Source of the DNA: Candidatus Altiarchaeota archaeon
GTDB lineage: Archaea > Altiarchaeota > Altiarchaeia > IMC4 > SCGC-AAA252-I15
Assembly (NCBI GenBank): GCA_043800255.1
Contig: JAZDNF010000013.1
Coordinates: forward strand, 128,001 to 192,000
Direction of reading: 5' to 3'
Length of the DNA stretch: 64,000 nt
This document shows positions 20,356 to 29,675 of the stretch, in pieces; within the stretch, counting starts at the first letter, position 1, and every line of letters starts with the position of its first letter. The translations under genes and the position numbers were made by a program. The notes under the pieces were generated by a model. It searched no databases, was not told the DNA's origin, and was given only the letters and a program-made list of their open reading frames with translations.

Positions 20356-21856
20356 TTGAAACCCCTCTCAGTTTTCTTCTTAGATTCTTTCCGGACGGGC
20401 CTTTAGGTATATTATCAACAAATTCGACTTTATCAGGTATCTTATCACGGGATATGTATTTTTTGCAGAAATTTATTATATCGGTGTCTCTGATATTCTT
20501 GTCTTCTTTCAGAACAATAAATGAAACAATTTTTTCACCTAGATATTCGTCAGGGACTCCGACAGTAGCTACTTCTTTTATTTCATCCATCTTAGATAAA
20601 ATTTCATCAATTTCGTCAGGAGAGATATTAACTCCCCCCTTTATTATCAAATCTTTTTTCCTTCCAGTGAAGAAAAAGGTATTATCCCTTGTTACATACC
20701 CCAGGTCACCAGTGTGGAAGTAGTTATCCTTTACGACTTTATTGTATAATCTCTCGTTATTGCGATAACCAATAAAAACATTCTCGCCTTTGATTACTAT
20801 CTCCCCGATTTCGCCTGGCCCGAGTATGTGGTTTTGTTCATCCATGATTTTTGCTTCATTAACGTCCAATGGCTTCCCGATACTCCCAGGTTTCCATCCT
20901 TCATCCAATGGATAATCAATGTGCGTAGGTCCAGTCTCGGACAGTCCATAGAGGTTGGCCACTCTGATGCCATATTTTTGCATGAATTTGACTTGTGTAT
21001 CTTTTGGCAGGGTGGCAGAACCGCATCCAATAAATCTTATTAGTCTAATATTTTCAAATTCATTTTTCTTGTAGGGTGTGTTTAAGAGCGCTACAAGAAT
21101 GGATGGAACCACTTCTACATAAGTAATATTCTGTTCTCTCATAATCTTCCAAAATTTTGCTCTTATTTTCCAAAAAGATTCAGTCAATACTAATGTTCCT
21201 CCACAGAGTGTACAGGGGAGAAACGAGTAATTAATAGACGCAGTATGGCCTAATGGCAGTATTATTAGATGGACCTCGTTTTCATCAAATCTAAATCCCC
21301 GGATGATAGATGAAATATTTTTTATGATGTTATTATGTGAAAAGACAACCCCTTTGGGATTTCCAGTTGTGCCAGAGGAATAATAGACACATGCTGGGGA
21401 ATCCTTCTTTGGGACGAAATCGATATAATTTTGCTTCGTTTTTTTTAGACTATCGATAAAATCTGTTTCAATTAAAAAGATGTCGGAGGGGGTGTTTGTT
21501 TTCAGATCTGGGTAGTGACTTTCTTGACAGAGGGTAATTCGTGGTTTCATGTTTTCTATGTATCGGGATATGTCTTTTCCATCTAGAGTATATGGATAGG
21601 GATTAAAGATGCAGCCAAGTCTAAGTGCGGAGAGGTACAGTAGGATATATTCTACACTGTTTTTGATAACCGCGGATATTATGTCGCCTTTTCTTAAACC
21701 GAGTGATTCATACAGAGAGCATACCCTATCCAGCAGATTGTTTATTTTTGAAAAACTATATTTCTCTTCATCCTGGATTAGAAATATTTTATCAGGATTT
21801 TTGTCTGCATAATATGCTATGGAGGAGCTGATGTTTGTGATATCCTCAAATTTCAT
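20345..21856 (-). CDS. AMP-binding (class I adenylate-forming) acyl-CoA/acyl-ACP ligase
   Basis: YSSGTTGNPKG, YGLSE, HTGDLG, GRKKDLIIKGG, PKGPSGK. Confidence 0.9.
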   Translation of the reverse strand: MKFEDITNISSSIAYYADKNPDKIFLIQDEEKYSFSKINNLLDRVCSLYESLGLRKGDIISAVIKNSVEYILLYLSALRLGCIFNPYPYTLDGKDISRYIENMKPRITLCQESHYPDLKTNTPSDIFLIETDFIDSLKKTKQNYIDFVPKKDSPACVYYSSGTTGNPKGVVFSHNNIIKNISSIIRGFRFDENEVHLIILPLGHTASINYSFLPCTLCGGTLVLTESFWKIRAKFWKIMREQNITYVEVVPSILVALLNTPYKKNEFENIRLIRFIGCGSATLPKDTQVKFMQKYGIRVANLYGLSETGPTHIDYPLDEGWKPGSIGKPLDVNEAKIMDEQNHILGPGEIGEIVIKGENVFIGYRNNERLYNKVVKDNYFHTGDLGYVTRDNTFFFTGRKKDLIIKGGVNISPDEIDEILSKMDEIKEVATVGVPDEYLGEKIVSFIVLKEDKNIRDTDIINFCKKYISRDKIPDKVEFVDNIPKGPSGKNLRRKLRGVSNEK

Positions 21857-22091
21857 TGCCACTTTTTATCGCTTTTTTCTGTTCTAAAATCCTATAAACA
21901 TCTTTGATGGACATTATACTAAAAATTTCTTCCATTTCAAATATTACATTAAATTCTTTTTCTAAAGCATTGATTAATTTTAATTGACCGAGTGAGTCCC
22001 ATTTTTCTATGTCGTCTGACGTCATCTCCATATTTATACCGGCTATGTCTATCTCAAATACTGAGGCAATTATCTCTTTGACCTTTTTCAT
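21846..22091 (-). CDS. Acyl carrier protein
   Basis: 81 aa, acidic, WDSL phosphopantetheine attachment motif, LEKEFNV. Confidence 0.85.
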   Translation of the reverse strand: MKKVKEIIASVFEIDIAGINMEMTSDDIEKWDSLGQLKLINALEKEFNVIFEMEEIFSIMSIKDVYRILEQKKAIKSGNEI

Positions 22092-22156
22092 GATAATCGA
22101 TAATGGCGTACCTTGGAAATGTAAGTAAGGGATTATATTTTGTGGTTAATAAGGGA

Positions 22157-22570
22157 CTACATTGCCCTATTTCTTCTAAAGATAATAGCAACCGCAACAG
22201 CCAAATTAATGGAATGGGATAAGCTTATACGGATATCGAACTCGCCCGTATTATGGTTTAATAGTTTGCCTAAAGGGGTGCCCTTGTCGTCATTTATAAT
22301 CTCGACTTCGTTATAGGCTATTTTCTTGTTAAACGATGACAATGCTTTTACGACTGCTTCTTTTCCTGCAAATTTGGCGGCAAAATGTTGAGAGGGTTTT
22401 GATTTGCCCATACAATATTTGATTTCCTTTTCCGTAAATATTTTTTTTAGGAATGCATTATCTAGACTAGTATCTTCCTCGAACCTAGAGGTATCAACAC
22501 AGTCGATACCGATTTCCACATCAGTAATTCCTAATGCCCGGGAGGGGGGGGTCATATTTTCTTTTGACAT
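22157..22570 (-). CDS. acpS: Holo-ACP synthase (phosphopantetheinyl transferase)
   Basis: IGID.V, IFTEKE..YC, FA.KFAGKEAVVKA, G.P, ISLSHS. Confidence 0.9.
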   Translation of the reverse strand: MSKENMTPPSRALGITDVEIGIDCVDTSRFEEDTSLDNAFLKKIFTEKEIKYCMGKSKPSQHFAAKFAGKEAVVKALSSFNKKIAYNEVEIINDDKGTPLGKLLNHNTGEFDIRISLSHSINLAVAVAIIFRRNRAM

Positions 22571-23187
22571 GACGTTAACCTCTTTTTCAAGACTTGTTCC
22601 GCAAGCCAGAAGTCGAACTCATCATCGATTTCTATGTTTTGCTCTCGGTCTAGGATGACTCTTTCTATTTTCTTGCCGAACCGGTCCCCTTTGCGAATCA
22701 AATCCGCTTTTATGACGTAGACGTTACCATCATCATAAAAGAAACCTTTGATATCCTGCCTGCGGAGGTTATGTGACCCGTATTCTCTGTAGTTACACAT
22801 AAAACCAGTAGCGAGTGAATCGACACCAGAATCCAAGAATCTTTTGATACACGTATCAATTAGACCATTATTACGTATTGGTGACGTAGCCTGCAATAAA
22901 ACGACAACATCCGCATTTATCTTTTTTAGAACATCTTGTAGAACTGAGAGAGTTGTTGCCTCATCAGTGGCTAGTTTAGGCGGGCGCTGAACGACATCTG
23001 CACCATATTTTTTCGAAATCCTGGCAATCTCCTCATCTTCAGTCGAGACAACGTACTTGTCCAATAACTTCGATTCTTTTGCAGCCTCTATAGTCCATGC
23101 AATCAATGGTCTTCCGCATGAGAGTCTGATATTCTTTCTGGGAATACCCTTGCTCCCGCCGCGCGCGGGAGTAACGCCAAGTATCAT
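22552..23187 (-). CDS. neuA: Acylneuraminate cytidylyltransferase (NeuA/PseF/LegF-like)
   Basis: PARGGSKGIPRKN, VVSTED, RP..LATD, LQATSP.R, IEIDDEFD. Confidence 0.9.
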   Translation of the reverse strand: MILGVTPARGGSKGIPRKNIRLSCGRPLIAWTIEAAKESKLLDKYVVSTEDEEIARISKKYGADVVQRPPKLATDEATTLSVLQDVLKKINADVVVLLQATSPIRNNGLIDTCIKRFLDSGVDSLATGFMCNYREYGSHNLRRQDIKGFFYDDGNVYVIKADLIRKGDRFGKKIERVILDREQNIEIDDEFDFWLAEQVLKKRLTSCQKKI

Positions 23188-23192
23188 AACAA

Positions 23193-24125
23193 TTAGATTA
23201 AACCCTGCTTACGAGCTATCTCCCGGCCCTCTTTTTTATACCAGTCTATGTACTTCTTCAAACCCTTCTCGAAAGTTATCTTTGGTTCCCAACCAATATC
23301 TTTTCTTGCCTTCTCGCTTACGACTTCCTTGCCGCTGAAATCGCCCTCCCTCGACCCCTCATATTTTATCTCAACGTTCCCAAGGATATCTTTCACAGTT
23401 TCCGCAATCTGCTTTATGGTAATCTTCTCCTTCCCGCTTAGATTGTATATCTGATTCTCTGCTATTTTTTTCATTGCAAGAACATTACCCTCAGCCAGAT
23501 CAGTAACATAGACGAATTGCCTGTACTGCATACCACCACCAAGTATGGTTATCGGTTCGCCCTTCAACGCTTTTTCAACAAAGATTTGGATGACCGTGCC
23601 CGGCCTAGCTCTCTCTCCATAGGGGATGCCATACCGCAGGATTGTATATGGAACGTGGTACAGCTCCTTATAGTTCTGGCAGTAGAACTCAGACGCGAGT
23701 TTGGTTGAAGTATAGAGATGAGTCGGCGCTAATGGGGGAGTTGTCTCATCAACAACCTCTTTTAATGTGTTGCTATAAACCCACTCAGTACTAGCGTATA
23801 TTATCCTCTTAGCGCCGGATTTTCGGATAGCCTCTAGCACATTTATTGTTCCGGTAGTATTCACGCTCTCGGCTAAAACCGGGTTCTTGAAAACATCATT
23901 AACATTGGCTATGGCCGCAATATGATAGACAAAATCAACATCCTTCATAGCCTTTGTTAAAGCGTCTAAGTCAAGTAGCGACCCCTTCGTGAATTCAACC
24001 TCCTTTTTACTGTGATACATTGGCTCATACAGATCATATACCCTGACGTCTAATTTTTCTTTTAATAACTTGTCAACAATAGTTGAACCAATAAAACCAG
24101 AACCACCGGTTACAAGAACTGCCAT
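23193..24125 (-). CDS. NAD-dependent nucleotide-sugar epimerase/dehydratase (extended SDR)
   Basis: TGGSGFIG, YTSTK catalytic YxxxK, G.Q.RQFVYV.D. Confidence 0.9.
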   Translation of the reverse strand: MAVLVTGGSGFIGSTIVDKLLKEKLDVRVYDLYEPMYHSKKEVEFTKGSLLDLDALTKAMKDVDFVYHIAAIANVNDVFKNPVLAESVNTTGTINVLEAIRKSGAKRIIYASTEWVYSNTLKEVVDETTPPLAPTHLYTSTKLASEFYCQNYKELYHVPYTILRYGIPYGERARPGTVIQIFVEKALKGEPITILGGGMQYRQFVYVTDLAEGNVLAMKKIAENQIYNLSGKEKITIKQIAETVKDILGNVEIKYEGSREGDFSGKEVVSEKARKDIGWEPKITFEKGLKKYIDWYKKEGREIARKQGLI

Positions 24126-24126
24126 C

Positions 24127-25245
24127 TTACAATACCTCCTTCAGAGAATCAACTACATAATTTGCATCATCCTTAGTCATTGTGGCATAAACTGGCAGGC
24201 AGATATGCCTCTTGCATAAATCCTCTGCAATTGGGAAGTCACCTTCCTTGTAACCGTGCGCGTCTTTGAATATCGGCTGTAAATGACATGGAAGTTCATA
24301 GACCTCACCACTCAGACTGACATCATACTTTTCCTTCAATTTCTTTTTCAACTCTGCCCTATCCACGCCGTCATCAAGAACTGCAATATACTTGTAATAG
24401 TTCGACTTGGAATTTTCTGGTATTTTTAGCACATTTATTTTATCAACTTCGTTAAGACGTTTATCATAAACTTTTGCAGCATTCCTTCTGTCCTTCAGGA
24501 ACCCCTCAAGCCTCGAAAACTGGGAAAGACCGATTACTGCATGAATCTCGCTCATCCTCCAGTTATAACCCAATTCAGTGTGAATATTGCCGAGAAAACC
24601 AGCCTTACCCTGGTCCCTGAAAACCCTAGCTCGCTTATCCATCTCCTCATCGTCTGTGACAATCATGCCCCCTTCGCCGCTGGTCATCACCTTTGTAGGA
24701 TAGAAAGAGAATGATGCTGCCTGCCCGAAAGTACCAGCCATTTTCCCATCTAGTGTGCTCCCATGCGCATGAGCAGCATCCTCGAATAGGAATACGTCGT
24801 TGTCTTCGCAAATCTTTTTAATCTCGCCTATTTTTGGCGTAACAAGCCCGCCAATGTGGACGATTATTACCCCTCCAGTCTTCTTTGTGATTTTTTCATT
24901 CAACTCATCAGGGTCTATGGAAAACGTTTCTGGGTCCATGTCTAGAAACTTTACCTTGCCGCCAGCATGCAAAACAGCCGCGGGTGTTGCAACAAAGGTA
25001 TTAGTTGGCACAAGGACTTCTTTATCCTTCACATCAAAAATCCGGAGGGGTATCTCAATTGAACTTGTTCCGCTATTGACAGCGGTCGCAAATTTTGTCC
25101 CAACATAGACCGCAAATTTTTCCTCGAATTCCTTGCCGTATTTGCCTAAAGTTAACCAACCAGTGCCTAAAATCCCATTAATCTTTTCGAGGATATCCTT
25201 CTTATCCTCCTCGGGGAAGTATATTTTAGCTGCAGGAATTTTCAT
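24127..25245 (-). CDS. DegT/DnrJ/EryC1/StrS PLP-dependent sugar aminotransferase
   Basis: NSGTS, EDAAHAHG, SFYPTKVMTSGEGG, GYNWRM. Confidence 0.92.
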   Translation of the reverse strand: MKIPAAKIYFPEEDKKDILEKINGILGTGWLTLGKYGKEFEEKFAVYVGTKFATAVNSGTSSIEIPLRIFDVKDKEVLVPTNTFVATPAAVLHAGGKVKFLDMDPETFSIDPDELNEKITKKTGGVIIVHIGGLVTPKIGEIKKICEDNDVFLFEDAAHAHGSTLDGKMAGTFGQAASFSFYPTKVMTSGEGGMIVTDDEEMDKRARVFRDQGKAGFLGNIHTELGYNWRMSEIHAVIGLSQFSRLEGFLKDRRNAAKVYDKRLNEVDKINVLKIPENSKSNYYKYIAVLDDGVDRAELKKKLKEKYDVSLSGEVYELPCHLQPIFKDAHGYKEGDFPIAEDLCKRHICLPVYATMTKDDANYVVDSLKEVL

Positions 25246-25270
25246 GGTTCTTTAATATTTATCAAAATCA

Positions 25271-25292
25271 TTATTAAAACCAGTAGTTTCGG
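25271..25292 (-). promoter_or_regulatory. Probable archaeal promoter (TATA-like TTTTAATA) of the glycan operon
   Basis: Minus strand reads CCGAAACTACTGGTTTTAATAA, with the TATA-like box about 27-34 nt before the degT ATG, consistent with a leaderless transcript. Confidence 0.45.
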
Positions 25293-25430
25293 ACAGCTTT
25301 GCTCCTTAACTCCAAATAGGAGCGGCATAAAGGAGCATCTGAAACCATTTGGGAGCAGATGGGGGTAAAAAGGAGCAACCGCCGACAAAAAGGAGCAGAA
25401 CGCTATTTAGGAGCAAAGTCGTTTCGGACA
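25286..25430. repeat. GGAGC periodic array with terminal inverted repeats and flanking 10-bp direct repeats
   Basis: GTTTCGGACA at 25286-95 and 25421-30; CTTTGCTCCT 25297-306 inverted to AGGAGCAAAG 25409-18; GGAGC at 25319, 25332, 25352, 25372, 25392, 25410. Confidence 0.8.
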
Positions 25431-25454
25431 TTCTGGCATTGTGGTACACTATTT

Positions 25455-27530
25455 TTAAACCAGTGACAGGTTATGTAAAGGAACATTATCCGCTAGGAGT
25501 TTTATGCCCTGTATACGAACCTCGGACCTTGTGGCAAGTATCGCTACGGAACATATCTCAAAATTTTTATCTATCACAGAGTTCAACTTGAGTTCATCAT
25601 TGAAATATGCGCTGATAGTGCCATTTGACACATTGACTTTAAATGACTGCCATTGGTCCAATTTTAAAGTGCGTCCACCGATGTTACTTGATAGTTTCTC
25701 ATCAGACCTGAATAGATTAAACTCGTCCGACTCAGAGCCGATTACATAGCTTATAGAGTAGCTCGTGTTATCGCAACCATGTATAGAGAATCCAACATTA
25801 TGCCTAGGTCTCTGGCGCACTATATAAAAATCACCTTCAAACAAAACATTCTTGGATTTTATAGGATAAATCTTAACACTTGACGTGTCATCAGGAGTAT
25901 AGATCCATAAAAGATCATTATTTATTCCCCACGAATTCGTGACATTTGGTAAGTCTATACCATACCACCTATGGAATTCCATTATGTGTATCAGTGAACC
26001 ATTATACAGAATATCAGCATAACTATTCTTTATTTTAGGGAACGGCAGGAAGGGAGTCTCTATTCCCTGTAGTGAATACCTAGACGTGCAGAGGATAGAA
26101 TCAGATTTCACGTAGTTGCCATCCCTAAAATATTTAGTTTTATAATAAAGGTCTTTATCGTAATCTAAGTTCTTCACATCCCGCGGATAAGAGACGTCCA
26201 TGCCTGTGAGAGGGTAGAACCATTCGCATATTTGATCAAGATTCAGGAGTACTGTAGAATTCACATGAGCAGCCGCAACAGTGAACTCACCAACTTCATC
26301 ATGGCTGATTGTGAACGTCTCCCCATATTTGTTGAACTCATAGAACATAGTAGATGAACCATACAACAACAGAAAGATCAGTATAAATGGTTTGTACTTT
26401 GTTTTTAAGACATTCGCAGAAATCAAGGAGAACAGGACGTAGTATATCTCAAGCAACCGCCGAGGATCACCACTTTCTGCCCGTACTATGTCAACAAAGT
26501 ATAAAAAAGGTATTGAAACAACAAACCAAACCCACAATAATCTATTTTTGCTTAGGAAAACGCCAGGTACTACGAACAACGCAGGTACGAAAACTACTAC
26601 AAGTTTGACCAGGTATAGCTTGTCAAGTAATAAATGCGAGAAAAAGAAGGGACTGTAAAACCCACCCCTAGAGGAGTAGTAAATAACACCGATGGATAAT
26701 GCTGTGAGAGTTATCACTGTAAAATTCAACCTCCGCTCAACTAGTAGGTATGCAATAGCGAATGATATGAGGAACAGGAAGATCCGCGGCTGGATGATAA
26801 AAACTGAGAATAGAGACACTAACAGAAGAGATCGGTTGTTAGTTAGTGCAGAATAAATTGCAACAATTGTGACAAGCACTGCAAATTGTGAAGTATATCC
26901 TCCCCAGAAGATGTAGAAGTAGTGGGGGATGAAGACTGCTGCTATGAGGACGGCGCCTTTAGCGTAAACCTCTAATTTCTCAGCAACAAGATAGATGAAC
27001 AACAAAGTGAAAGTTAATGCAACTACAGAAGTGAACTTGATAGCGTCAATAATGCCAACCGTTCCGGCGAAAAAGGAGGTGAAAAAGTGATAACCCTTAG
27101 GATAGTCGGTCAAGTAGGAATTCAAAAGAGGAATTCGTAACGAATCGCCCTCCAGGATTATCCGGATGAAAGAAGCGTGAGTAATGATGTCACCAGCAAG
27201 AAAGGTGGCGAAAGTCGCATAATAGACCAGAAAGATAAGGCCATAGATGCTGATTCCGAGGAGAACCTGGCGATCATCCTTAGAAAGCGAAATCTTAGAC
27301 AGATTCTTCAAATTTGGAAGACCGGCTAAGGTTAGGACAATAAAGGGTAAGTAGTCGTTTTGGAATGTGAAATAATTCAACCCAGAAATCACTATCACAG
27401 ACAACACCATAAGCAGGAAAGCCCGAGGAACATCAGACAAGGAATAAACCTTTCGGGGGAGGAACAGGCTCAGAATAGCGAAGAAGGATACAGAATATAA
27501 CGCAACGTGCAATAGATAAGAGGCTAACAT
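25455..27530 (-). CDS. Polytopic membrane protein, GT-C-like, with C-terminal beta-sandwich (ConA/LamG-like) domain
   Basis: About 13 TM segments, GD...H, DYPKGYH, WGGY; soluble C-terminus ending DQWQSFKVNVSNGTISAYFND. Confidence 0.55.
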   Translation of the reverse strand: MLASYLLHVALYSVSFFAILSLFLPRKVYSLSDVPRAFLLMVLSVIVISGLNYFTFQNDYLPFIVLTLAGLPNLKNLSKISLSKDDRQVLLGISIYGLIFLVYYATFATFLAGDIITHASFIRIILEGDSLRIPLLNSYLTDYPKGYHFFTSFFAGTVGIIDAIKFTSVVALTFTLLFIYLVAEKLEVYAKGAVLIAAVFIPHYFYIFWGGYTSQFAVLVTIVAIYSALTNNRSLLLVSLFSVFIIQPRIFLFLISFAIAYLLVERRLNFTVITLTALSIGVIYYSSRGGFYSPFFFSHLLLDKLYLVKLVVVFVPALFVVPGVFLSKNRLLWVWFVVSIPFLYFVDIVRAESGDPRRLLEIYYVLFSLISANVLKTKYKPFILIFLLLYGSSTMFYEFNKYGETFTISHDEVGEFTVAAAHVNSTVLLNLDQICEWFYPLTGMDVSYPRDVKNLDYDKDLYYKTKYFRDGNYVKSDSILCTSRYSLQGIETPFLPFPKIKNSYADILYNGSLIHIMEFHRWYGIDLPNVTNSWGINNDLLWIYTPDDTSSVKIYPIKSKNVLFEGDFYIVRQRPRHNVGFSIHGCDNTSYSISYVIGSESDEFNLFRSDEKLSSNIGGRTLKLDQWQSFKVNVSNGTISAYFNDELKLNSVIDKNFEICSVAILATRSEVRIQGIKLLADNVPLHNLSLV

Positions 27531-28825
27531 TTTACATTTTCACCCGCCAGCAGCCACTTCCAGACAGGAGTTATGGTTATCTCTCTGCCGTCTATTCTTT
27601 TCTCCTCCTCCTGGCTGCTTGTTATGATGACGCCCGCTTCAAGCTTGTGGGTTTCCATCGCCTCCATCAAGCCGTTTATCTCGCGTCTTTCGTTCTCCTC
27701 ATCTAGTTTGTGGGTCACCTGTATTGCTGAAACGACCCTGTTTTTCTCCTGAACGAGGAAGTCGCACTCAGCCCTGTTCTTGTGGTAGTACACTCGCTTA
27801 CCTCTCCGCCTCAATTCCACATACACGAGGTTTTCCATGAGTCTACCAGTGTCTTCCGCGAATTTGAAGCTGACAGCATTGAGCAGACCGTTGTCTATGC
27901 AATACAGCTTCTTTATCGAGCCGAGCTGTTTCGTGATCGAATAGTCATATTTGAGGTTTTGGAAGAACAAGTACGCATCTTCAAAGTGAGAGACATATTC
28001 GATTATCGTATTCTTGCTTGTGCTGAGCCCCAAAGATTTCATCCTGTTTGCCAGTTTGCTGTATGAGAGCTCCCGGGACGTCAGCTCGAAAAGTAGGTTC
28101 GCAAGAAGCCGCAACTTCTTGATCTCCTTGATACTGTGCCTTTCGACTATGTCTTTGAATATCATAGCCTCATAATAGCTCTGGAGGATCAGTTCTTTCG
28201 GCATCTGGCTGAAGACCACGGCAGGATAGCCTCCACCAGCCAAGAATTCATCGTACTGCTTTTTCACTTCATGCCTGTCTCTGCTTTCTGATAATGTTCT
28301 CAAATCGTAGGGGACATTTTTCCACGATAGGTATTCCCTGAAGCTCAGAGGGAATACTTCATAGTTTAGGACCCTGCCCCTGAGTTTTGTTGAAATCTCA
28401 CGGCTAAGCATCTTGGAGGACGAACCGGTAAGGATTAGTTTCACGTTCTTCTGGGTGTCATATATTCTTCTAACCCACATATCCCAGTCTTTGACATTCT
28501 GTATCTCATCAAAGAAGAGGTAGATGCTCTGCTCTTTGTCTACGTTGGAAAGTTCGTAGAATGAATCCATCAGAAACTCCATGTCTTTAGCCTCTGCGCC
28601 GAGAAGCTTCTCATCCTCGAAATTCACGTAAAGTATGTTCTCTTTGGGAACTCCGTCGCTTATGAGACGGTTCATCATCTGGAAGCAAAGGTACGTCTTA
28701 CCTGCCCTCCTTGGGCCGGTTATCGTAACGATGAAATCTACTGTAAGATTAACGCTTACCTCCCTTGGCATAAGTTTCGGCAGCTCGAATTCCTTCCATT
28801 GGACTATAATCTTCTTATGTTCCAT
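27524..28825 (-). CDS. ATP-binding protein, AAA_14 plus DUF4143 family
   Basis: GPRRAGKT, FFDEIQ, LTGSSS, LRGR, GGYP, KLYCIDNGL, ENLVY.EL, ECDF. Confidence 0.9.
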   Translation of the reverse strand: MEHKKIIVQWKEFELPKLMPREVSVNLTVDFIVTITGPRRAGKTYLCFQMMNRLISDGVPKENILYVNFEDEKLLGAEAKDMEFLMDSFYELSNVDKEQSIYLFFDEIQNVKDWDMWVRRIYDTQKNVKLILTGSSSKMLSREISTKLRGRVLNYEVFPLSFREYLSWKNVPYDLRTLSESRDRHEVKKQYDEFLAGGGYPAVVFSQMPKELILQSYYEAMIFKDIVERHSIKEIKKLRLLANLLFELTSRELSYSKLANRMKSLGLSTSKNTIIEYVSHFEDAYLFFQNLKYDYSITKQLGSIKKLYCIDNGLLNAVSFKFAEDTGRLMENLVYVELRRRGKRVYYHKNRAECDFLVQEKNRVVSAIQVTHKLDEENERREINGLMEAMETHKLEAGVIITSSQEEEKRIDGREITITPVWKWLLAGENVKC

Positions 28826-28949
28826 ATTCACAGTGAACAAATTGTGTTTAATCTGTATAGTATAGTGAACAATAGTATATAAGCCTGTGCTATCGAACTA
28901 CAACCATAAAAACACACATTTGGCAACATGACAACCGCCCAACAACACC

Positions 28950-29672
28950 TTAATAGCCCACATCATACCTGAAATAAATCACATTCTCCTTGCCATAGAG
29001 CATGACCGTGAACCTGTCAGCTACTGTGAGAGAGGACTCCTCAACCCGCGAAGAATTAACCAAAATTCTGCCAGCTGAACCGTAGAACGTCAGATTAACA
29101 CTGCTGTAGGATACGCTATCATTGTTTAGGCTGTAGGTATCCCCGTGCCAGGAGAAAGGCTCCTGCACCAGACTATCGACAGAAAAATTCACATGATAGA
29201 CTTCGCCAAAACCGGGAAGACTAAAAGAGAGAGGATAGTAGGAGATGCTAGAGTCGAGTGAAATGTTTGCTGGCAAGCCGAAGAAGCCGCCAACCTCGGC
29301 TAAAGACGAGGAAAGAGAATAATTGATTGAAGAGTTGACACGCCAGAGGAGGCCCTCAGGCCTCACCAGGATTGTAAAAGTGGCCGCCTCGCCGGGCAAG
29401 AGAGTGACATTACTGGTGATGTTTTTGATGTCAGAACGGAGGTAATAGAGATAGTTAGTAGGACCCCGCTCGTGATTCACGATCGAATAGGAGAAATTGT
29501 AAGTCCGATTGAGTTCAAGATGGCGGGGAAGCTCACCCGGCTTGTTGAAATACAACTCGGTGAAATACTCCGGCTTGACGATATAATCCTTAGCCAAAAT
29601 CATGAAAAAAGACAAGACAATGCCGAAAACACAGGCGATTATGATAGCATCCAGTAAGGAATCATCTGACAT
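28950..29672 (-). CDS. Membrane-anchored protein resembling the extracellular part of DUF1616
   Basis: N-terminal TM then FTELYF...NFSYSIVNHE...Y; many NxS/T sequons. Confidence 0.55.
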   Translation of the reverse strand: MSDDSLLDAIIIACVFGIVLSFFMILAKDYIVKPEYFTELYFNKPGELPRHLELNRTYNFSYSIVNHERGPTNYLYYLRSDIKNITSNVTLLPGEAATFTILVRPEGLLWRVNSSINYSLSSSLAEVGGFFGLPANISLDSSISYYPLSFSLPGFGEVYHVNFSVDSLVQEPFSWHGDTYSLNNDSVSYSSVNLTFYGSAGRILVNSSRVEESSLTVADRFTVMLYGKENVIYFRYDVGY

Positions 29673-29675
29673 GGT

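Noticed and set aside
15200-25245. Aminoglycoside (butirosin-like) antibiotic cluster
   Set aside because: ACP, deacetylase, twitch radical SAM and DegT parallel the btr genes, but there is no cyclitol synthase, and neuA, neuB, pseG and a flippase point to a surface glycan.
25319-25414. GGAGC array as a CRISPR array
   Set aside because: The conserved unit is only 5-7 bp with a 20-bp period, far below CRISPR repeat and spacer sizes; no cas genes are present.
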